Origin: Bacilli bacterium
Lineage (GTDB): Bacteria; Bacillota_I; Bacilli_A; RF39; UBA660
DNA: 64,000 nucleotides
Reading direction: 5' to 3'
Assembly (NCBI GenBank): GCA_031549195.1
Contig: JAVBQF010000010.1
Coordinates: 1,443 to 65,442, forward strand
The translations under genes and the position numbers were made by a program. The notes under the pieces are model-generated. The model had not been told where the DNA came from and made no database searches. It saw nothing but the letters and a program-made list of their open reading frames with translations. Position 1 is the first letter of the stretch; each line of letters opens with the position of its first letter. Of this stretch, positions 57,269-64,000 are shown piece by piece.

Positions 57269-58358
57269 AATGAAGAGTATATTAAAAGAGAAAGTTGCTA
57301 GTAAGGAAAGGATATATAATAATATTATGAATAAAAGTTATAGAATAAATTTTAGTTTGAAAAAAGCGATTTCAATGGTTGCTATTATAATTGCAATAAT
57401 CATTTTTAGTGTTGGTACTGTATATGCAGCATCTAAGATATTCAATTGGGATAAAGAGTTTTTAAACTTCTTTGGAATAAGTAGTGAGGATGCAGAAAAG
57501 ATTAATTTAAAAAATAATGAAGTGGATTTATCAGTTAAAGTTGATAATGTTGATATCAATATAAAAGAGATAACGGTAATAGAAGATAAGATGTATTTAC
57601 TAATGGATTATAAATTTGATACAAAAACAGACTGGCTAGAAGTTGGATCATATCCATTTGAAAAAATGTGTTTTGTTTCAATTACAAAAGATGGCATGGA
57701 AGAGTTATTTGGTAATTTAGATATAATATATGTGAATGATGATAAAACCGCTGCTGTAGTGGTTGGAAAAATATATAGTGAAGATAAGATTAAAAATAAC
57801 GATAAGATTAAGTTTAATTTTGAAACGAGTTATTACTTTACAGCAGATAATCCAAGCGATCCATTAAGTGGCGGTACTGGTAGTTGTAATGATAGAACAA
57901 GCTTAGAGTGGACAGTTGATATTGACATGAATACAGATAAAATAGCTTATGAATTTGACAAAGATATATATTTAAAAGATACAAATGAATTAAAAATATT
58001 ACCTAAAAAAGTAACTATTAATCCAATAGAAATAAGACTTGAATTAAACTTATACTTTGATGGTGATAGTTTAAATTATAGTAACTTTGATTCTAAGTTT
58101 GATAAAACAGTTGATATCATCTTTAAAGATGGCAAAGCAATTAATTTAAGTAATGAATATGATGATACTACTTTAGTAAAAGGAAGTAATATTATAGGTG
58201 AAGACACCGATAAGGATGGTAATAAAATAAGAGTAATGGTGCTTACTTATGATAATACTTTTACAGTAAATAATTATTCAAAGTATGATTTTAAACTATT
58301 AGATGTAAAGAATATTTCTAAAATTAAAGTTGGAGATTTTGAAGCATCCATTAAATAA
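57261..58358 (+). CDS. Putative anti-sigma factor (DUF4179-like)
   Basis: Overlaps sigma stop; single TM ending VGTVYA; extracellular beta-rich domain. Confidence 0.75.
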   Translation: MSRMKSILKEKVASKERIYNNIMNKSYRINFSLKKAISMVAIIIAIIIFSVGTVYAASKIFNWDKEFLNFFGISSEDAEKINLKNNEVDLSVKVDNVDINIKEITVIEDKMYLLMDYKFDTKTDWLEVGSYPFEKMCFVSITKDGMEELFGNLDIIYVNDDKTAAVVVGKIYSEDKIKNNDKIKFNFETSYYFTADNPSDPLSGGTGSCNDRTSLEWTVDIDMNTDKIAYEFDKDIYLKDTNELKILPKKVTINPIEIRLELNLYFDGDSLNYSNFDSKFDKTVDIIFKDGKAINLSNEYDDTTLVKGSNIIGEDTDKDGNKIRVMVLTYDNTFTVNNYSKYDFKLLDVKNISKIKVGDFEASIK

Positions 58359-58418
58359 TAAAGTAAGGAAGATCTATAAAATTCTATAGGTCTTTTTAAA
58401 TTGGCAAAATAAAAAAGA

Positions 58419-59426
58419 CTATTGAAAATAATCAATCTTCATAGCCCTTTTAACTTCGCTCATAGTTTCTACTGCCTTTTCTCTTGCATTGGTAGTACCG
58501 TTCATTAATATTTTATTTACTTCTTCTGGGTGGCTTTCATAATGTTTTCTTTTTTCTCTAATAGGAATTAAGAATTCTTCGATCTTTTCAATCAATTCCT
58601 TTTTGCATCCTACACATCCTCTAGCACCAGTTCTACATTCACTGCAGACTGTTTCAATATTAGGATTTCCAATTAACTTGTGATAGTAAGAAACCATACA
58701 TACCTCAGGATTAGCAGGATCATCCTTCTTAAGTTTTGAAGGGTCTGTTACCGCATTCATTATCTTTTTATTAACAGTTTCACTATCATCATTTAAATAA
58801 AGTGCATTGCCTAAGCTTTTACCCATCTTATCTTTACCATCGAGTCCTTTTATTCTAGGAAATGTACTTAATAAATGTTCAGGTTCTTTTAATACATCAC
58901 CATAAATTGAATTGAATTTTCTAGCGATTTCACGACATTGTTCAATAAGCGGTAATTGATCTTCTCCAACTGGAACTAGGTCACCTTGGAATACAGTAAT
59001 ATCAGCAGCTTGGCTAACAGGATAGCCAACAAAGCCATATGTTACGCTTTCACCATCATTACCAAATAAAGCCTTCTTTTGAGCAATTTCTGTTTTAACA
59101 GTAGGATTTCTATATAACCTTGCCATAGTAACTAAGTTTGAATAAAAAACAGTTAACTCAGCAATTTCTGGTATCTCAGATTGAATAAATATATTAGCTT
59201 TTTCTGGTTCTATACCAATTGACAATAAATCTATAGTTACTTCATAAACATTCTTTCTAACTTTATCTGGATTATTAAAGTTATCTGTTAATGCTTGAAC
59301 ATCAGCAATTTCAAAAAAACAGTTGTACTCATCTTGTAATACTACCCAATTTCTTAACGCACCAAATAAATGACCAAAATGCAAATTGCCAGTAGGTCTA
59401 ACTCCAGTTAAAATAGTTTTTTTCAT
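58419..59426 (-). CDS. trpS: Tryptophan--tRNA ligase
   Basis: TGVRPTG, HFGH (HIGH), QAADI, VPVGEDQ, KMGKS. Confidence 0.97.
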   Translation of the reverse strand: MKKTILTGVRPTGNLHFGHLFGALRNWVVLQDEYNCFFEIADVQALTDNFNNPDKVRKNVYEVTIDLLSIGIEPEKANIFIQSEIPEIAELTVFYSNLVTMARLYRNPTVKTEIAQKKALFGNDGESVTYGFVGYPVSQAADITVFQGDLVPVGEDQLPLIEQCREIARKFNSIYGDVLKEPEHLLSTFPRIKGLDGKDKMGKSLGNALYLNDDSETVNKKIMNAVTDPSKLKKDDPANPEVCMVSYYHKLIGNPNIETVCSECRTGARGCVGCKKELIEKIEEFLIPIREKRKHYESHPEEVNKILMNGTTNAREKAVETMSEVKRAMKIDYFQ

Positions 59427-59541
59427 ATGAATCACTTCCTTAAATAATTTTAACATATATTACTACAATATTAAATAAGAAATAAATTGACAATGGTATT
59501 TATATGTTTATAATAATTAAATAGAAGAAAAGGTGATTACT

Positions 59542-59811
59542 ATGGAACTTTCAAGTATTAGAAATACCAGGTTAACAAGAAATGCTTTTTCAGCATTAAC
59601 AAGCACTTTCTTGGTTGTGTCATCAATAAATGTGATAAACCAAGATTCGCCTTTAGCGTGCATTATTTTAGGAGGTATATCTGCTATTGGAGTTGTCACT
59701 AATAATGGAAAATTAAGAAGGCTAAGAGAAGAAAATAATTTAGAAATAAGACCAACAATAAAGAGATTAAAAACAAGTAAATTTAATCCTAAAAATTGGA
59801 GTTTGAAATAA
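59542..59811 (+). CDS. Small membrane protein
   Basis: AGGTGA RBS; two hydrophobic segments; TTGACA..TATAAT-like promoter and downstream terminator. Confidence 0.6.
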   Translation: MELSSIRNTRLTRNAFSALTSTFLVVSSINVINQDSPLACIILGGISAIGVVTNNGKLRRLREENNLEIRPTIKRLKTSKFNPKNWSLK

Positions 59812-59886
59812 GAGTGAAGAACTCTTTTTAATTGACAAAACATCAATAATAATCTATCATTTACTTATGATAGGGTGATGTGTGTG

Positions 59887-62800
59887 ATGGATAAATTAAA
59901 AATAAGAAAAAGTGAAAAAGCCTTTACGTTAATAGAAATATTATCGGTTATTGTTATACTTGGAATACTTATACTAATTGCAGTACCATCAATTAGCAAT
60001 TATATAAGAGATTCAAGAAAAGATGCATATGTTGCCTCTGCAAAACAGTATATAACAACGATGGCATCGAAACTATCAAATTATGATTTCACTGATGAAG
60101 AGGTATTATATTATGTACCAATACAATGTTTGAAAACGGAAAAAGCTAAAAATAAAAGTCCATTTGGTGAATGGATGGAAGCCTATGTAGTTGTAACATA
60201 TGACGAAGTAAAAGGATTTGAATATTTTTGGACTAGCTATGATAGTGCAACATATGGAGTAAGCCTTGTTAGTGAAACTGCATTAGAAAGAAGTCAAGTT
60301 GTAAGCGGAGTGACAAAGTTAGATAAAAATATATCAGTTAATAATAAATTAAAAAGAGGAATGATAAATGCTACCACATGTAAGGATGAGCCAATTATAG
60401 TGGGCGTAACTCCTGATAATGAAGAAGAAGAAGAGGAAGATCCAAATATGCCAACTATACCAGTAACAAATGGTGGTTGTTTTGAATTTAACTCATCAAA
60501 AAAAACAATAACAAAATATTATCAATATGAAGATAATGATTCATCAAAACCAGTATGTCCAAAGGAAGTAAAAATACCAGTCAAAATAGGTGGGATTTCA
60601 ATAAATAAAATTGCATCTGGGGCTTTTTCGGATAAGGGTTTAACAGCACTAGAAATATCAAGTGGAATAACATCGATTGGGTCTCAGGCATTTGAAAATA
60701 ATGAAATAAAAACGGTAAAGATAGCAAATACGATTAAAACTATAGAAAGCCATGCTTTTTCAAATAACTTAATTGAAAGGGTATCTTTGAAAGGTAGCGA
60801 AATAAATATAGGTATATCAGCATTTGAAAACAATAAGATTACAACATTAATATTGGGAACTGGTATAACTTCAATACCCGAAAAAGCTTTTTATAACAAT
60901 CTGATTACAAGCTTAACGATACCAAATACTGTAACTAATATAAATGCCTTTGCATTTGCGAACAATCTAATAGAAACTGTTGACTTGCAAAATAATATAA
61001 CAAGTATAGGTGTATCAGCTTTTGAAAACAATAAAATTACAACATTGACATTAGGTGATGCCATAACTTCAATACCCGAAAAGGCCTTTTGTAACAATTT
61101 AATTACAAACCTAATAATACCTAATGCTGTGACTAATATCGATTCTCAAGCTTTTGCAAGCAACAAGATTGAGGCTTTAGATATTGGGGAAGGTCTAACT
61201 GAAATAAAGGAAGAGACATTCTTGAATAATCTTATTACAAGTATAGCAATACCAGACAACATAACAACTATAGGCGCATCAGCATTTGAAAATAACCTAA
61301 TTAATAATTTAAATATTGGAGATGGCTTAATAACGATAGAGGAACGAGCATTTGCAATAAATAGTATAGCTGAAACATCAATACCATCTAATGTAAAAAA
61401 TATAGGAGATAATGCATTTATAAATAATGAAGAAACAAGTACTTTAAATGTGGATAGTGCTTATAAAACAATAGAGGGATCTCCGTGGGGAGCATTCAAA
61501 GTAAATTGGATTGGCGACGAAGCAGGAACAACAACTATAAGATGTTTTGCCTTTGATAGTAATACTAATACTATAACTGGTTATTACAATTATATGGATA
61601 ATAATAGTGAAAATGAATCATGTCCAAAAGCAGTTGTAATTCCAACCAATATTTCAGGAATTCCAGTAAAAACAATAGCTGCTTCAGCCTTTGCAAGTAA
61701 AAAGTTAACTTCGGTATTAATAGGAAGCAATGTAATTACGATAGGTGCATCAGCATTCAAAAACAATGTAATAACAACATTAACAATTGGAAGCAAGGTA
61801 ACAACAATTAAGTCTGAAGCTTTTAGTACAAATTCAATAAAGAATGTAATAATACCAAACAGCGTAACAACAATAGAAGCATCAGCCTTTTACAACAATG
61901 TAATAACAACATTGTCGCTTGGAACAGGTTTAAAAACAATAGGTGCAAGTGCGTTTAATACAAACTCAATAAAGAGTGTAACAATACCAAATAGTGTAAC
62001 AACAATAGGTACAAGTGCCTTCTATAACAATCAAATAGCAACATTATCTATTGGTACTGGAGTAAAAATAATTGATGCCAGTACATTTAATACAAATCAA
62101 ATAAAAACTCTTACAATACCAAATAATATAACAACTATAGGTCAAGGTGCATTTCACAACAATGTAATAGAAACATTAACATTGGGAAGCGGATTGACAA
62201 CAATTGAAAAAAGTGCGTTTAGTACAAATTTGATAAAGAGTGTGACAATACCCAATAGTGTAACTTCAATAGGAGAAACAGCATTTTTAAATAATGTAAT
62301 AACCACATTAACCCTAGGAACAGGATTAACAACAATAGGTACAAGTGCCTTTAGCACAAACCAGATAAAAAGTTTAGTAATACCAAATAATGTGACTTCA
62401 ATAGGAGAAACAGCATTCTTTAAAAATCAGATAACCACATTAACACTCGGGACAGGATTAACAACAATAGAAGCAAGTACGTTTAGTACAAATCAACTAG
62501 CAAGCGTAACAATACCAAATAATATTATAACAATAAAAGAAACAGCATTTTACACCAATGTAATAACCACATTAACCCTAGGAACAGGATTAAAGACAAT
62601 AAGTGCAAGTGCATTTAGTGCAAATAAACTATCTGCAGTGACAATTCCAGCAAATGTAACAACCATTGGAGCAAATGCCTTTCTTAATAATGCATCAGGC
62701 AGCACTATAAATGTATACAAAACAATAAATACAATAAGCGGATCACCATGGGGAGCTATTAATGTAAAATGGAATAGCAAAGAATACAAATATGCCTATA

Positions 62801-63579
62801 CTGGTGCTATGCAATCACTTACAATTTTAGAAACAGGATCATATAAAATAGCATTGTGGGGAGCGTCAGGAGGAAAGTCAACAGCAAATGGAACAGCTCA
62901 GACTACATTTGGAAAAGGTGCTTATACGACAGGAACAGTGAAACTATATAAAGATGATATTATATATATATATGTAGGTGGAAAAGGAGTAGATGCTATT
63001 GCAACCAAGGCTGGTAGTGGTGGGTGGAATGGTGGCGGTGCTGGTGGACAGGATGGCGATGATGACCAAGGCGGTGGTGGCGGAGGAGCTACTGATGTTA
63101 GATATGAAGGAACTGGAACAATTCATAGGATAATTGTTGCAGCAGGTGGCGGAGGCGGTTCATTTACTTATTCTGGTGGAAGTGGTGGAACGTTGAATGG
63201 TATTCAAGGAACAAGTGACGCTGCTGTTGCTACACAAACTACGGGCCATTCATTTGGCACTGGTAAATCTGGATCTGGATCTTCTGGTGATGGTGATGGC
63301 CTTGGTGGCGGAGGTGGTGGCTACTATGGTGGCTCAACATCATCAACTGCTTATAAATCGGCAGGCGGAGGCGGTTCTTCCTTTATTTCAGGATATTCAG
63401 GATGTAATGCAAAGAATTCCGCTGGAACACATACAGGTCAAGCCAATCACTTTTCAGGCGCCGTATTTACTAGTATGTCTATGAAAGCTGGAACAGCATC
63501 AATGCCATCAACAAGTGGCGCAACAGAAACAGGCCATGTTGGAAATGGCTATGCAATAATAAATTATTTAGGATTATAA
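59887..63579 (+). CDS. Type IV prepilin-like protein with two BspA-type LRR modules and a C-terminal glycine-rich domain
   Basis: KA|FTLIEIL; 22-aa IP..VT.IG..AF..N repeats in two blocks, each capped by GSPWGA; LWGASGG..YIYVGGKG..GGGATDVR..GNGYAII. Confidence 0.92.
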   Translation: MDKLKIRKSEKAFTLIEILSVIVILGILILIAVPSISNYIRDSRKDAYVASAKQYITTMASKLSNYDFTDEEVLYYVPIQCLKTEKAKNKSPFGEWMEAYVVVTYDEVKGFEYFWTSYDSATYGVSLVSETALERSQVVSGVTKLDKNISVNNKLKRGMINATTCKDEPIIVGVTPDNEEEEEEDPNMPTIPVTNGGCFEFNSSKKTITKYYQYEDNDSSKPVCPKEVKIPVKIGGISINKIASGAFSDKGLTALEISSGITSIGSQAFENNEIKTVKIANTIKTIESHAFSNNLIERVSLKGSEINIGISAFENNKITTLILGTGITSIPEKAFYNNLITSLTIPNTVTNINAFAFANNLIETVDLQNNITSIGVSAFENNKITTLTLGDAITSIPEKAFCNNLITNLIIPNAVTNIDSQAFASNKIEALDIGEGLTEIKEETFLNNLITSIAIPDNITTIGASAFENNLINNLNIGDGLITIEERAFAINSIAETSIPSNVKNIGDNAFINNEETSTLNVDSAYKTIEGSPWGAFKVNWIGDEAGTTTIRCFAFDSNTNTITGYYNYMDNNSENESCPKAVVIPTNISGIPVKTIAASAFASKKLTSVLIGSNVITIGASAFKNNVITTLTIGSKVTTIKSEAFSTNSIKNVIIPNSVTTIEASAFYNNVITTLSLGTGLKTIGASAFNTNSIKSVTIPNSVTTIGTSAFYNNQIATLSIGTGVKIIDASTFNTNQIKTLTIPNNITTIGQGAFHNNVIETLTLGSGLTTIEKSAFSTNLIKSVTIPNSVTSIGETAFLNNVITTLTLGTGLTTIGTSAFSTNQIKSLVIPNNVTSIGETAFFKNQITTLTLGTGLTTIEASTFSTNQLASVTIPNNIITIKETAFYTNVITTLTLGTGLKTISASAFSANKLSAVTIPANVTTIGANAFLNNASGSTINVYKTINTISGSPWGAINVKWNSKEYKYAYTGAMQSLTILETGSYKIALWGASGGKSTANGTAQTTFGKGAYTTGTVKLYKDDIIYIYVGGKGVDAIATKAGSGGWNGGGAGGQDGDDDQGGGGGGATDVRYEGTGTIHRIIVAAGGGGGSFTYSGGSGGTLNGIQGTSDAAVATQTTGHSFGTGKSGSGSSGDGDGLGGGGGGYYGGSTSSTAYKSAGGGGSSFISGYSGCNAKNSAGTHTGQANHFSGAVFTSMSMKAGTASMPSTSGATETGHVGNGYAIINYLGL
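60595..62700 (+). repeat. 66-bp-unit LRR coding repeats
   Basis: Identical 37-mer at 62293/62557, 23-mer at 62263/62395, 20-mer at 60865/61063 (spacings 264, 132, 198). Confidence 0.85.
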
Positions 63580-63590
63580 AAGGAGAAAGT

Positions 63591-64000
63591 ATGAATAAGA
63601 AAACAAAGGATTTAATAATAATTGTCTTACTAGTAGTTGCACTTCTGTTAATAGGATATGGTGTTTATCGCTATTTCAATGACGATAAACAAAGTAACAA
63701 TGAAGAAAAAGAACTGACAAAAGAAGAGGTTATTGAAAAAGCACTTGAAAAAATTAAAGTTTCAGCAGATATGAATGGATATACATTGTCTTATAGATTA
63801 AGCGGTATATATAATGATAAAAGAATTATTGATGATGCTAGAATTGAAAATTATATGAATAAAGATTATAAAATAATGCAGTCTACATTAACAAATATAG
63901 AAGAAAACATATCAGAATCAAAAACATACTATATCATTGGGACAGAAAAGTATATTGAAAAAGAAATGATGAAATATGAAAAAACAGAAGATTCAATAGT
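63591..64000 (+). CDS. Membrane-anchored hypothetical protein, partial
   Basis: AGGAG RBS; MNKKTKDLIIIVLLVVALLLIGYG; open to the window end. Confidence 0.75.
   Translation, partial: MNKKTKDLIIIVLLVVALLLIGYGVYRYFNDDKQSNNEEKELTKEEVIEKALEKIKVSADMNGYTLSYRLSGIYNDKRIIDDARIENYMNKDYKIMQSTLTNIEENISESKTYYIIGTEKYIEKEMMKYEKTEDSI

Noticed and set aside
59427-59520. T-box leader for trpS
   Set aside because: Intergenic space is too short and there is no T-box consensus
1295-63484. Many antisense or nested ORFs in the track (e.g. 1348..1707, 10573..10923, 17775..18059, 38586..39386, 63197..63484)
   Set aside because: Shadow frames of well-supported genes, without RBS or motifs
1-64000. TGA=Trp recoding as in Mycoplasma
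   Set aside because: Trp is encoded by TGG in conserved genes, and TGA ends ORFs normally (e.g. 28112-28114)

Overview
AT-rich chromosomal segment of a low-GC Bacillota genome, most like uncultured RF39-type Bacilli. This placement is inferred from standard genetic code, very short 5' UTRs with AGGTGA/GGAGG RBS, cotJ spore genes and giant type IV pilin-LRR proteins. Bases 1-9.7 kb are a mostly minus-strand accessory region of small stress/repair genes and relics around cshA, ending at tRNA-His(GTG). A 1.73 kb recombinase-less element appears inserted at the tRNA 3' end, with a 7-bp direct repeat, a displaced terminator, a perfect 21-bp inverted repeat and 11-bp-period TGTACC arrays around a PepE-Nudix fusion gene. 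The remainder is mostly plus-strand housekeeping genes (nrdD/nrdG, P-type ATPase, dxs, feoAB, ABC-F, rmuC, CoA activase, tex, ECF sigma/anti-sigma, trpS). Highlights missed by the ORF track: (1) a split class III ribonucleotide reductase whose glycyl-radical loop is a separate 57-aa gene; (2) a 29-aa leader peptide whose 3' end base-pairs with the RBS of a DUF2000 gene; (3) the tRNA-His mini-element; (4) two type IV pilins with a shared N-terminal module and different large C-terminal domains. All family calls come from motif recognition by eye; no searches were run.
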